Source of the DNA: Rhizobiaceae bacterium
GTDB taxonomy: Bacteria > Pseudomonadota > Alphaproteobacteria > Rhizobiales > Rhizobiaceae
Reading direction: 5' to 3'
NCBI GenBank assembly: GCA_039808465.1
Contig: JBDHTA010000001.1
Span: forward strand, 1,578 to 65,577
Length of the DNA stretch: 64,000 nt
The translations under genes were made by a program, and so were the position numbers. Below are positions 8,234 through 18,696 of the stretch, piece after piece. How positions within the stretch are numbered: the stretch's first letter is position 1; the number at the start of each line of letters is the position of its first letter. The notes below the pieces were generated by a model, which was given only the letters and a program-made list of their open reading frames with translations, did not search any database and had not been told where the DNA came from.

Positions 8234-9034
8234 TTATTCCGGCGAAAGCGCCACTGCCGCCTCGGTTGTCAGCACCCGGAAGGTGAAGCTTTCCTGCACG
8301 TAAAGATCGACCGCCGTGGCGGAATGGCTGAGATAGCCGATGGAGAAATCCTGCCCCACGGTCAGTTCGAAATCGCCGCCGCGCAGCGACAGCACGAAGC
8401 CGCCTTCGATGGCGGGCGCCCAGACGATGCCGCCATCCACCACCCGTTCGAGATGGTGGAAAACCGGATAGCCGTCATCGCTGCCGCCGCTGGCCGCCAT
8501 ATAGGCATTGGCCCCCAGCACCAGCGCGTAAGGGCCCTCGACCCCGGCCATGCGCAACTCGCCGACGGCCCGCGCCACCGCATCCGAATAGCGCTTGACG
8601 CTGGCGGGCAGCGTCACGGGCGGATTGCTCGCCGCCTCGCGGATGCCCTCGATCCCGGCGGCGGCATAGCCTTCGAACACGGCGCGGTCCTCGGCGAAGG
8701 CGATCTTGCGCATCGCCTCCTTCAGCGGCGACCAGTCGGAATCGAGCGAGCCGCGCTCGACATCGTCGATGGCGGCCCGCGAGAGCTGGAAGGGCACGCG
8801 CAGTTCCACCAGCGCTTTCACCTCGCGGCGCAGGGAGCGCACGCCATCGGCGGGCGGCGCGACGGGGGCGGTGTGGCCGGTGCCGACGGCCGACAGCGCC
8901 ACGCCGCCGGGGCCGTTGAAATCCACCACGCGGCGGGCGGCCAGATGCCGCTTCAGCGTGCGCGCCGCTTCCTCCTCGATCTCGGCCCAGGCGGCTTCGG
9001 AAATGGGGGCCAGTTCGCGATGCAGGTTATTCAT
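8234..9034 (-). CDS. Family 1 encapsulin nanocompartment shell protein (linocin M18-like)
   Basis: 266 aa starting MNNLHRELAPISEAAWAEIEEEA..., the classic family-1 encapsulin N-terminus. Start moved to ATG 9034 inside track ORF 8234..9337. It overlaps the DyP stop by 8 nt (ATGAATAA). Confidence 0.92.
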   Translation of the reverse strand: MNNLHRELAPISEAAWAEIEEEAARTLKRHLAARRVVDFNGPGGVALSAVGTGHTAPVAPPADGVRSLRREVKALVELRVPFQLSRAAIDDVERGSLDSDWSPLKEAMRKIAFAEDRAVFEGYAAAGIEGIREAASNPPVTLPASVKRYSDAVARAVGELRMAGVEGPYALVLGANAYMAASGGSDDGYPVFHHLERVVDGGIVWAPAIEGGFVLSLRGGDFELTVGQDFSIGYLSHSATAVDLYVQESFTFRVLTTEAAVALSPE

Positions 9035-10082
9035 GGGAAACCTCTTTCCTGAGAGAGCCGATGCCGAGCGAGCCGTCGCGGCGTAGCGGTTGGGTCTGGT
9101 CCGTCTGGTCCGGCGCCGCCCCGGCGGGCGCGGGCGCGCCCTCCGGCTGCGCCGCATCGAGAAAATCGGCCGTGGGCACGAAGAACAGCGTGCCGGTGAT
9201 GGCGCGGCTGAAATCCAGCAGCCGGTCGTAATTGCCGGGCGGCACGCCGATGAACATGTTTTCCAGCATCCGTTCGATACGATGCGGCGAGCGGGCATAG
9301 CCGATGAAATAGGTGCCGAACTCCCCCTTGCCGACATCGCCGAAAGGCATGTTGTCGCGCAGGATTTCCAGTTGCTCGCCGTTTTCGGTGATGTTGGTCA
9401 GCACGTTATGGGCGTTGCTCGGCTTGGCGGCGTCATCGAGTTCGATATCGGACAGCTTGTGGCGGCCGATGATGCCCTCCTGCTCGGCAATCGGCACGCG
9501 GTTCCACGCCGTCAGGTCATGCAGGTATTTCTGCACGATGACATAGCTGCCGCCCGCGAAATCCGGATCTTCCTCGCCGATGATCGTCGCCCGGAAGGCG
9601 GCGGCGTCGACAGGGTTTTCCGTGCCGTCGACGAAGCCGATCAGGTCGCGGTCGTCGAAATAATTGAAGCCCTGCACCTCGTCGGCGGTCGAGACCGCCC
9701 CTTGCAGCCGCGCCATGATCTGCATCGCCAGCTCGAAACAGAGATCCATGCGCGTGGCGCGGATGTGGAACAGCAGGTCGCCGGGCGTCGAAACGGCATG
9801 GTGGCTGCCGTGAATTTCGCGGAACGGGTGCAACTCCTTCGGGCGCGGCGCGCCGAACAGCCGGTCCCACGCATCCGAGCCGATGCCCATGACGCAGGAC
9901 AGCCCGCCTTCGAGATCGCGGAAACCCACGGCGCGTTGCAGGCCGGAAAGCCCGGCGCACAGGCTGCGCACCGCCACATCGTTTTCCCGGCCGGGATTGA
10001 TCGTCACCACCAGAAAGATCGCCGCGCGGGTCAACCGCGCAACGACCGGCTGGGAAAGGACGGAAGGCGTGCATGCATCCAT
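9027..10082 (-). CDS. Dye-decolorizing (DyP-type) peroxidase with C-terminal encapsulin targeting peptide
   Basis: DyP GXXDG motif (IGFVDGTENP) and a distal FGDVGKGEFGTYFIGY block. The C-terminus ...DGSLGIGSLRKEVSHE matches the SLxIGSL cargo-loading peptide. ATG 10082 (MDACTPSV) is preferred over TTG 10100. Confidence 0.9.
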   Translation of the reverse strand: MDACTPSVLSQPVVARLTRAAIFLVVTINPGRENDVAVRSLCAGLSGLQRAVGFRDLEGGLSCVMGIGSDAWDRLFGAPRPKELHPFREIHGSHHAVSTPGDLLFHIRATRMDLCFELAMQIMARLQGAVSTADEVQGFNYFDDRDLIGFVDGTENPVDAAAFRATIIGEEDPDFAGGSYVIVQKYLHDLTAWNRVPIAEQEGIIGRHKLSDIELDDAAKPSNAHNVLTNITENGEQLEILRDNMPFGDVGKGEFGTYFIGYARSPHRIERMLENMFIGVPPGNYDRLLDFSRAITGTLFFVPTADFLDAAQPEGAPAPAGAAPDQTDQTQPLRRDGSLGIGSLRKEVSHE

Positions 10083-10269
10083 TTTCGACCCGTTCGGCAA
10101 TCCGGTTTACCGGCCCGGCAGGGCCGGTCCTTCTCGCGCAAGGCGTGGCCGTTCCCGTCCACAGCCCTGGCGATAGCGAACGGTAGCGAATCTTTTCCCG
10201 CAGCGCCATCGAAAATCGGGGGCGTTCCATCGGGCGAAGGGCGCGGCCCCGCATCTCCGCCTGCCGGTG

Positions 10270-10295
10270 CCTTCTCCCCACGGCTGGTGAGAAGG
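10270..10295. repeat. Solo degenerate copy of the 'CCTTCTCCCC-loop-GGGGAGAAGG' hairpin module
   Basis: ccttctccccacggctggtgagaagg, compared with ccttctccccgcaagcggggagaagg at 31963-31988 and ctctccccgcaagcggggagaag at 41673-41695. Confidence 0.5.
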
Positions 10296-10321
10296 GGGCA
10301 TGCCGGGTCTTGCGGCGCCAA

Positions 10322-10576
10322 TCAGAGGTCGACGGGGCGGCCGGATTGCTCCTCTTCCAGCGTCACGGCAATGTCGGCATTGGCCGAAAGGCGCACCTTG
10401 TCGCCCTCGACGCCCGCGACGAAGCCGGTGTCGATATAATGATGATGGCCCTCATGACGGCCGAAACTGTCGCTTTTCTTCAGCTTGATGCGGCCGTCCT
10501 CCACCCGGTCGACAGTGCCCACATGCACGCCGTCGGCGCCGATGACTTCCATGTTCTCGCGTACCATGTCGCTCAT
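10322..10576 (-). CDS. DUF2171-like small protein
   Basis: 84 aa: ...NMEVIGADGVHVGTVDRVEDGRIKLKKSD...HHHYIDTGFVAGVEGDKVRL. This is the pattern I recall for DUF2171 proteins. Strong SD AGGAGGAAAGCAGC before the ATG. Confidence 0.75.
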   Translation of the reverse strand: MSDMVRENMEVIGADGVHVGTVDRVEDGRIKLKKSDSFGRHEGHHHYIDTGFVAGVEGDKVRLSANADIAVTLEEEQSGRPVDL

Positions 10577-10629
10577 GCTGCTTTCCTCCTGCTGCCGAAG
10601 CCGGGCCAGATCCCGGCCAACGCAGCCTC

Positions 10630-10655
10630 AACGCATGGGCAGGCCATCCGGTTCA
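10630..10655 (-). promoter_or_regulatory. Candidate EcfG-like promoter upstream of DUF2171-DyP-encapsulin
   Basis: The minus strand reads TGAAC(10655-10651)-N17-CGTT(10633-10630), i.e. 4/5 of the -35 box and 4/4 of the -10 box, about 55 nt upstream of ATG 10576. Confidence 0.3.
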
Positions 10656-10761
10656 ACGCGTCAGGCCGCAATGGCGGCTCGACATCCCGCTGGGGATCGC
10701 GCACATTCGCCCCCGGCCACGAACATGCCGATGCAGCCTGAGGCAGAAACAGGAGAACACC

Positions 10762-11787
10762 ATGAAAACATTCTATCATCCGGATCAGGACCTGCATCAT
10801 CCGCGCACCTATTTCTCCCGGGGCAAGATGCGCGAGCCGCAGGAAGTGCCGCGGCGCGCGCTGGAACTGCTGTCGGCGGCGCGGCATCTCGGCTTCGATC
10901 TCGAAACCCCCGCCGATGCGGGAGAAGCCCCGATTGCCGCCGTCCATGCGCCTGATTACATCCGCTTCCTGCAAACCGCCCATGCCGAATGGACGGCGCT
11001 GGGCGAAGACTGGGGCGAAGAGGTCGTCTCGAATATTTTCGTGCGCGAGCCGAATGCGCTGCGCGGCATTCTGGCCAGGGCGGGGCGTTATCTGGCGGAC
11101 GGAAGCGCGCCGATCGGCGCGGGCACCTACCGGGCGGCCTATGCGGGCGCGCAATGCGCGGTGGCGGCGGCCGACGCCCTGATCGGCGGCGCCCGCGAGG
11201 CCTATGCGCTCTGCCGCCCGCCGGGCCACCATGCGCGCCGGGATGCGGCGGGCGGCTTCTGCTACCTGAACAATGCCGCCATCGCGGCGGAGCGCCTGCG
11301 CTCGCATTACGGGCGCGTCGCCATCCTCGATACCGACATGCATCACGGGCAGGGCATCCAGGAGATCTTCTATGAACGGCCGGATGTGTTCTACATCTCG
11401 ATCCATGGCGATCCCACCAACTTCTACCCCGCCACCGCAGGCTATGAGGACGAGCGCGGCGCGGGCGGCGGCGAGGGATACAACCTGAACCTGCCGATGC
11501 CGCACGGCTCGTCCGAGGCGGTGTTCTTCGAAAAACTGGCGCAGGCGCTGGCGGCCCTCGACGCCTACCGGCCGGATGCGCTGGTGCTGTCGCTCGGCTT
11601 CGATATTTTCGAGCGCGATCCGCAGGCCAAGGTTAGCGTATCGGAAGACGGCTTCCGGCGCCTCGGCGAGATCGTCGGCGGCCGGAACCTGCCCGTTCTC
11701 ATCGTTCAGGAGGGCGGCTACTATATCGAGGGTCTGAGGGAATTATCGCAGCGCTTCTTCGGCGGGTTCATGGCGCGGCGCGCCTGA
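10762..11787 (+). CDS. Histone deacetylase-family amidohydrolase (acetylpolyamine/acetoin-utilisation type)
   Basis: CRPPGHHA, FCYLNNAAIAA and DTDMHHGQGIQEIFY motifs (Zn/charge-relay residues of the HDAC superfamily). SD AGGAGAA. Confidence 0.85.
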   Translation: MKTFYHPDQDLHHPRTYFSRGKMREPQEVPRRALELLSAARHLGFDLETPADAGEAPIAAVHAPDYIRFLQTAHAEWTALGEDWGEEVVSNIFVREPNALRGILARAGRYLADGSAPIGAGTYRAAYAGAQCAVAAADALIGGAREAYALCRPPGHHARRDAAGGFCYLNNAAIAAERLRSHYGRVAILDTDMHHGQGIQEIFYERPDVFYISIHGDPTNFYPATAGYEDERGAGGGEGYNLNLPMPHGSSEAVFFEKLAQALAALDAYRPDALVLSLGFDIFERDPQAKVSVSEDGFRRLGEIVGGRNLPVLIVQEGGYYIEGLRELSQRFFGGFMARRA

Positions 11788-11805
11788 CGGGCCGGGCGAT
11801 TTGAC

Positions 11806-11849
11806 GGGCCGCGCCCTGCCAGCCAAGGCAGGGCGCGGCCCGTTTTCGT

Positions 11850-11850
<1 letters not shown>
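11806..11850 (+). terminator. Rho-independent terminator (15-bp GC stem plus T-rich tail)
   Basis: GGGCCGCGCCCTGCC-agccaa-GGCAGGGCGCGGCCC followed by GTTTTCGTT. It lies between convergent genes and touches the stop of the ABC ATPase gene. Confidence 0.85.
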
Positions 11851-12851
<1,001 letters not shown>

Positions 12852-12876
12852 TTTCCTCTCCCAATCTTCTTTTCGT

Positions 12877-13701
12877 TTACTTCACGGCGCCGAAGGTGAG
12901 GCCGCGGACAAGCTGTTTCTGGCTGAACCATCCCATGATGAGGATCGGGGCGATGGCGAGCGTCGACGCCGCCGAAAGCTTCGCCCAGAACAACCCCTGC
13001 GGGCTGGAGAACGAGGCGATGAAGGCGGTCAGCGGCGCGGCATTGGTCGTCGTCAGGCGGATCGTCCAGAAGGCTTCGTTCCAGGCGAGGATGATGTTGA
13101 GCAGCATGGTCGAGGCGATGCCGGGCACCGCCATCGGTGTCAGCACATGCACGATTTCGTTCCACAGCGACGCGCCGTCCATGCGGGCCGCTTCGAGAAT
13201 CTCGCCGGGGATCTCGCGGAAGTAGGTGTAGAGCATCCAGATGACGATCGGCAGGTTGATCAGCGTCAGCATGACGGTGAGGCCGATGCGGGTGTCGAGC
13301 AGGCCGAAATCGCGGAAGATCAGGTAGATCGGCACCAGCACGGCGACGGCGGGCATCATCTTGGTGGAGAGCATCCACATCAGGATGTCCTTGGTCCGGC
13401 GCGTCGGCGAAAACGCCATGGACCACGCCGCCGGAACCGCGACCAGCAGCGCGAGGATGGTCGAGCCCACCGACAGGATGACGGAGTTCATGAAGGGCTT
13501 GAAATAATCCTTCTGGGTCTGGACCTCGACATAGCTCTCGAACGTGCCCGAGGGGATGAGGTTGAAGCCCTTGATCGCCTCGGCCTCGGATTTGAAGCTG
13601 GTGATGATCGTGTAGAGGATCGGGAAGAAGATGATCAGCGCGATGATCCATGCGGCGATCGTGGCCACGGCCATGCGGCGGGTCGAAACGGCTCTTGCCA
13701 T
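12877..13701 (-). CDS. Carbohydrate ABC transporter permease (SmoG/MalG-like)
   Basis: 274 aa, about 6 TM segments, EAA loop [15 protein letters not shown]. Confidence 0.88.
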   Translation of the reverse strand: MARAVSTRRMAVATIAAWIIALIIFFPILYTIITSFKSEAEAIKGFNLIPSGTFESYVEVQTQKDYFKPFMNSVILSVGSTILALLVAVPAAWSMAFSPTRRTKDILMWMLSTKMMPAVAVLVPIYLIFRDFGLLDTRIGLTVMLTLINLPIVIWMLYTYFREIPGEILEAARMDGASLWNEIVHVLTPMAVPGIASTMLLNIILAWNEAFWTIRLTTTNAAPLTAFIASFSSPQGLFWAKLSAASTLAIAPILIMGWFSQKQLVRGLTFGAVK

Positions 13702-13712
13702 GGTCTGTCCTC

Positions 13713-14585
13713 CTACTTGTCCAGGTTCTTGCCGACGGCGCGCATCAGGAAGATGGCGACGATATTGGCGAGGATGACGGCGATGATGCCGCCGGCCGAT
13801 GCGCCGCCGACGTCATAGCCGAGAAGCGCGGTGCGATAGATCAGGAACGGCAGGTTGGTGGAGGCGTAGCCCGGCCCGCCATTGGTGGTCACGAGGATTT
13901 CCGCGTAGACGCCGAGCAGGAAGATCGTCTGGATCAGGATGACGACGGTGATCGAGCGGGCGAGATGCGGCACCGTCAGGTAGACGAAGCGGTTGACGAA
14001 GTTGGCGCCGTCCATTTCCGCCGCCTCCTTCTGCTCGCCATCCAGCGATTGCAGGGCGGTGAGCAGGATCAGCGTGGCGAAGGGCAGCCATTGCCAGGCG
14101 ACGATGATGATGATCGACATCAGCGGATATTGCGCGAACCAGTCGACCGGTTGCAGGCCGAGCCCGCGGCTGATATCGGCCAGCACCCCGTAGCCCGGAT
14201 GCATGATCATGTTCTTCCACACCAGCGCCGCCACCGGCGGCATGACGAAGAAGGGCGAGATGATCATGATGCGCACCAGCCCCTGCCCCCACATCGGCTG
14301 GTCGAGCAGCAGCGCGATCGCGACGCCGCCCACCACCGTGATGAAGAGCACGCCGCCGACGATCAGCAGCGTGTTCCAGATCGACTGGAAGAAGGCCGGA
14401 TCGGTATAGAAGAACTGGTAGTTGAAAAGCCCGGCCCAACTGACATTGCCCGGGTTCAGCAGATTGTAGTTCTGGAACGAAAACCACAGCGTCATCGCCA
14501 GCGGCACGATCATCCAGATCAGAAGCAAGCCTACCGAGGGCGCAAGCATCAGCCGCGCCAGCCCACTGGTATTCCTGGTGGCCAT
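13713..14585 (-). CDS. Carbohydrate ABC transporter permease (SmoF/MalF-like)
   Basis: 290 aa, EAA loop LDGEQKEAAEMDGANFVNRF. Confidence 0.88.
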   Translation of the reverse strand: MATRNTSGLARLMLAPSVGLLLIWMIVPLAMTLWFSFQNYNLLNPGNVSWAGLFNYQFFYTDPAFFQSIWNTLLIVGGVLFITVVGGVAIALLLDQPMWGQGLVRIMIISPFFVMPPVAALVWKNMIMHPGYGVLADISRGLGLQPVDWFAQYPLMSIIIIVAWQWLPFATLILLTALQSLDGEQKEAAEMDGANFVNRFVYLTVPHLARSITVVILIQTIFLLGVYAEILVTTNGGPGYASTNLPFLIYRTALLGYDVGGASAGGIIAVILANIVAIFLMRAVGKNLDK

Positions 14586-14645
14586 CGAAATCTCCTCCCC
14601 GATTGATGGACGCGGCAGGCGAGCCTGCCACCCTTGTTCCTGCGT

Positions 14646-15911
14646 TTATCGCCCGGCGGCGGCGCTGTCGTAGACGGCGAGCACCTGATCCACGGCGGCG
14701 ATCAGAATATCCTCCACTCCCCCGATTTGCGCCGGAACGATGCCCGGCAGATATTGATGCAGCACCGTTTCCGGAATGCGGACGCCATCGAGGGCGCCGA
14801 GCAGCCTGCGGACGGCCGCCTCCGCTTCCGGCTGCGTCCAGTAGTAGCGGATGCGGTCGCTATAGCTGAAATGGCGCTGGATGCGCAGTTCCGTTTCGTC
14901 ACCGTGGTAATAACCGCTCCAATAGCCGGGTTTTTCCAGCATCAGTGCTTCCATGGCCCCGGCGAGCGGCCGCTCGCCATAGCCGGGCACGATGTCGGAG
15001 GCGACGAGATCGAGGGCGTAGAGCGCCTCGCGATAGGCAAAGGTCAGGCCGGGGCCGACCTTGAGGATCGGATAGCCGTCGCGCACCAGCGCCGCCAGCG
15101 CCTCTTCGGTCTGGTAATCGGTGGAATGCGCCTCGAACACCAGATCGGGCTCCTCGGCGAGAAGGCCGCTCAAGGCCGCTGCGCGGGGCGGATCGTAGGC
15201 GATCACATTGTCGCTGCCGAATTCGACGCCCGGCTGCACGACGAAGGCGATGACGCGGGAAAACACGTCCGCCAGCCCGGCCTTGGCGAAGGCGTCGCGG
15301 TGAACGGCGATGGTTTCGCGCGCGGCCTCCGAGGCGGTCGGCTCGACCACGTCGAGCGCATGGTCGGCGCCGCCGGGGATCGGCACTTCCGTCCCGAGAA
15401 TATAGACCGGCGCGGCAAGCCCGGCGGCCTGCGCCGTGCGCTCGGCCACCGCGCAGAGCGTGGCGGCGCGGGACGCGACGGTATGGTCGTCGAGGGCCAC
15501 CGGCTCCCCGGCGCAGCCCATCGAGGCGTCGAGATGGATCTTGCCGAAACCGGCCGCCACATAGGCTTCGACCATATCCGCCGCCTTCTTCAGCGCGGTC
15601 TCGGCGGGCTCCTTGCGCCAGGGATTGGGGCCGAGATGGTCGCCGCCGAAGATGATCTGCTCGCGGCCCACATTTTCCTCGCGGGCGATCGCCTCGACGA
15701 AGGCGACGAAATCGGCGGGCGTCATGCCGGTATAGCCGCCGAACTGGTTGACCTGGTTGCAGGTCGCCTCGATCAGCACCGGCCCGCCGCTTTTCGCCGC
15801 CCGCCGCAGCGCGGCGCGCAGAACGGTGGGATGGGCGGAGCAGACGGAGGCGATCCCGTAGGGCCTGCCTTCGCGGCGGGCGGCCGCAAGGCCGGTCAGA
15901 ACAGTGCTCAT
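14646..15911 (-). CDS. GatZ/KbaZ-family protein (class II aldolase accessory/tagatose-6-phosphate 4-epimerase-like)
   Basis: 421 aa from [28 protein letters not shown]...[22 protein letters not shown]...[10 protein letters not shown]...KIHLDASM, typical of GatZ/KbaZ. Start moved to ATG 15911, which overlaps the kinase stop (ATGA 15908-15911). Confidence 0.85.
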   Translation of the reverse strand: MSTVLTGLAAARREGRPYGIASVCSAHPTVLRAALRRAAKSGGPVLIEATCNQVNQFGGYTGMTPADFVAFVEAIAREENVGREQIIFGGDHLGPNPWRKEPAETALKKAADMVEAYVAAGFGKIHLDASMGCAGEPVALDDHTVASRAATLCAVAERTAQAAGLAAPVYILGTEVPIPGGADHALDVVEPTASEAARETIAVHRDAFAKAGLADVFSRVIAFVVQPGVEFGSDNVIAYDPPRAAALSGLLAEEPDLVFEAHSTDYQTEEALAALVRDGYPILKVGPGLTFAYREALYALDLVASDIVPGYGERPLAGAMEALMLEKPGYWSGYYHGDETELRIQRHFSYSDRIRYYWTQPEAEAAVRRLLGALDGVRIPETVLHQYLPGIVPAQIGGVEDILIAAVDQVLAVYDSAAAGR

Positions 15912-16900
15912 TCCATGATCTCCCGGCCAGCGGCCGCAATGAATCGATCGAGTTCGTCCTTGCCGGAAACGCCTTCCATCGGACCCTGCTTCGTCACCGT
16001 GCGGGCGCCCGCCGCATTGGCGTAGAGCAGGGCGCTGGACGGCGGCAGACCGGCGCGGCGGATGGTGAGATAGGCGGCGCCAAAGCAGTCGCCCGCGCCG
16101 GTGGGGTCGATTTCCGTCACGGAGAAGGCGGCGCAATCCACGCGGCCGAATGCCCTGCTGAAATGCGTGGAGCCCTCGCTGCCGCGCTTGAGGACGATTT
16201 CGCCGACGCCGCGCGCCAGCAGGCTTTCGACGGCCGCCGCTTCCGTGGTTTCACCGGCGGCCACCAGCAGTTCGTCGCCCGAGGGCAGCAGCAGGTCGGT
16301 GACGGCGATCATGTCGTCGATCAGCTTGCGGCCGTCGCCGCCGCGCACCAGTTCCTTGCGCACGTTCGGATCGAAGGAAACCGAGCCGCCGCGGGCCTTG
16401 ACCGAGGCGATGGCCTTGAGGAGAACCTCGCCGATGCCGGGAATGGCGAAGGCCGAGCCCATGACATGCACATGCCCGGCCCGCTCGATCAGCGCCGCCG
16501 CCGCCTCGGTCATCCGCGTTTCGCCAGCGGCCGAATGGGCGATGTTGAAGACGAAATCGCGCGCGCCGTCCGGGCGGTAGCGCACGAAGGCGCTGCCCGT
16601 CGGCTTGCCGGGAATGGTGGCGATCGCCGAGACGTCGACGCCGTCCTTCTGCAACCGCTCGACATTGAGCCTGCCGAAGTCGTCGTCGCCGACGGCGGCA
16701 ACGATGCCCGCCGCGCCGCCGATGCGGGCGACCTGATCGATGAAGATGGCCGGAGCCCCGCTCGGGAACGGCCCCACAAGCGGCTGCGCCTCGAGGAAAC
16801 CGGCGCCGATCGTCGTCGCCATGATTTCCACCAGGATCTCGCCCACCGTTATCGTCGGGCCCAAGGCCTCTGCCGCCAAGGCGTTCGTTTCCACCGCCAT
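15908..16900 (-). CDS. PfkB-family sugar kinase (candidate tagatose/fructose kinase)
   Basis: 330 aa with the PfkB signatures ...VSFDPNVR... and [14 protein letters not shown]. Confidence 0.85.
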   Translation of the reverse strand: MAVETNALAAEALGPTITVGEILVEIMATTIGAGFLEAQPLVGPFPSGAPAIFIDQVARIGGAAGIVAAVGDDDFGRLNVERLQKDGVDVSAIATIPGKPTGSAFVRYRPDGARDFVFNIAHSAAGETRMTEAAAALIERAGHVHVMGSAFAIPGIGEVLLKAIASVKARGGSVSFDPNVRKELVRGGDGRKLIDDMIAVTDLLLPSGDELLVAAGETTEAAAVESLLARGVGEIVLKRGSEGSTHFSRAFGRVDCAAFSVTEIDPTGAGDCFGAAYLTIRRAGLPPSSALLYANAAGARTVTKQGPMEGVSGKDELDRFIAAAGREIME

Positions 16901-17224
16901 CCCTCCCCACAGGCAACCGGTTGACCGCGTTGCGATCTATCTTTCCCGGAGATAAATGGCCGTTGGCAAAAATGTCAACTTATTTTTACACGCGTAAATG
17001 TATTTTTCACAGATCGTGTTTTGTGCGGCGCAGCAAATTTGCCTCGCGCATCGCTGCGGAAACAATCGATTTAATGAAGTAAAATCAGCATGTTAAACAG
17101 TTTATCAAAAGCCGGTTGTACTCCGTGGCAATTTCTCGCTTGACAATTCCGGGCGTCTCGTCCAATATATTTCTTTACGCATGGAATTTTATGCGTGGAC
17201 ACCCGTAAAGGAGGAACGGACCCC

Positions 17225-18538
17225 ATGAGGACTCTCACCCGCATTCTCACGGCTTCCGCCGTCGGCCTCGGCCTTTTCGCCGGGCTCGCGCAGGCCGAGG
17301 AGATCAGCGTCGCCACCGTCAACAACGGCGACATGATCATCATGCAGAAGCTCTCTGCCGCCTGGGAGAAGGAAACCGGCAACAAGATCAACTGGATCGT
17401 GCTCGAAGAAAACGTGCTGCGCGAGCGCGTCACCACCGACATCGCCACCAAGGGCGGCCAGTTCGACGTCATGACCATCGGCGGCTATGAAGCGCCGATC
17501 TGGGGCAAGCAGGGCTGGCTGACGGCCGTCGACGATCTCGGCGACGACTACGACTACGGCGACCTGCTCGACCCGATCCGCGGCGGCCTGACGGTGGACG
17601 GCAAGCTCTATGCCGTGCCTTTCTACGCCGAAAGCTCGTTCACGCTCTACCGCAAGGATCTGTTCGAAGCCGCCGGCCTGACCATGCCGGAAGCGCCCAC
17701 CTACGACCAGATCAAGGAATTCGCCGCCAAGCTGACCGACAAGGACAAGCAGCAATACGGCATTTGCCTTCGCGGCAAGCCGGGCTGGGGTGAGAACATG
17801 GCCTTCTTCGGAACCATGGTGAACACCTATGGCGGCCGCTGGTTCGACATGGACTGGAAGCCGCAGCTCAATTCGGACGCCTGGAAGAAGGCCGTTACCG
17901 ACTACGTCCAGCTTCTGACCGATTACGGCCCGCCCGGCGTGACCGCAAACGGCTTCAACGAGAACCAGACGCTGTTCGCCACCGGCCATTGCGCCATGTG
18001 GATCGACGCGACCTCGGCGGCTGGCCGCATCTACGATCCCAAGCAGAGCCAGGTCGCCGACAAGACCGCGTTCACCCGCGCCCCCGTCGCCGTGACGCCG
18101 AACGGTTCGAGCTGGTCCTGGGCCTGGAGCCTCGCCATCCCGGCAACCTCGCAGAAGACCGAAGTCGCCAAGTCCTTCCTCAAATGGGCAACCTCGAAGG
18201 ATTACGTGAAGATGGTCGGCGAAAGCGAAGGCTGGGTCGCCGTGCCGCCGGGCACGCGCAAGTCCACCTACGCGCTGAAGGAATACCAGGAGGCCGCGCC
18301 GTTCGCCGAGACGGTTCTCCAGGCCATCCTGTCGGCCGATCCGACCAAGCCCACCAAGGATCCGGTGCCCTATACCGGCGTGCAGTTCGTCGCCATTCCG
18401 GAATTCCAGGCGATCGGCACCTTCGTCGGCCAGCAGATCAGCGCGGTTCTTGCCGGTCAGCAGACGATCGACGCGGCGCTCGACGCCGCCCAGACCCAGG
18501 TCGAGCGCGACATGACGCGCGCGGGCTACATCAAGTAA
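17225..18538 (+). CDS. Polyol/sugar ABC transporter periplasmic binding protein (SmoE-like)
   Basis: Start moved to MRTLTRILTASAVGLGLFAGLAQA (signal peptide, SD AAGGAGGA). Family-1 extracellular solute-binding protein, very similar in layout to sorbitol/mannitol SBPs. Confidence 0.88.
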   Translation: MRTLTRILTASAVGLGLFAGLAQAEEISVATVNNGDMIIMQKLSAAWEKETGNKINWIVLEENVLRERVTTDIATKGGQFDVMTIGGYEAPIWGKQGWLTAVDDLGDDYDYGDLLDPIRGGLTVDGKLYAVPFYAESSFTLYRKDLFEAAGLTMPEAPTYDQIKEFAAKLTDKDKQQYGICLRGKPGWGENMAFFGTMVNTYGGRWFDMDWKPQLNSDAWKKAVTDYVQLLTDYGPPGVTANGFNENQTLFATGHCAMWIDATSAAGRIYDPKQSQVADKTAFTRAPVAVTPNGSSWSWAWSLAIPATSQKTEVAKSFLKWATSKDYVKMVGESEGWVAVPPGTRKSTYALKEYQEAAPFAETVLQAILSADPTKPTKDPVPYTGVQFVAIPEFQAIGTFVGQQISAVLAGQQTIDAALDAAQTQVERDMTRAGYIK

Positions 18539-18598
18539 GACGGGGCAACCCTCTGAAACTCCAAGCCCGCGGGCCTGCCCGCGGGCCCTCCCGGGGGG

Positions 18599-18623
18599 CC
18601 CGGTGCCTCGGCGCCGGGTTTCT
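18599..18623 (+). terminator. Weak terminator/attenuator hairpin between SBP and dehydrogenase genes
   Basis: CCCGGTGCC-tc-GGCGCCGGG followed by TTTCT. It is preceded by a second GC hairpin, GCCCGCGGGC-ct-GCCCGCGGGC, at 18565-18586. Confidence 0.35.
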
Positions 18624-18696
18624 CCCTCCGGGATCAGCTTCCACCAACAGGATAGCCGCGCGAGCCAGGCCATGGCGGCGGGACGGAGAACGAAGA

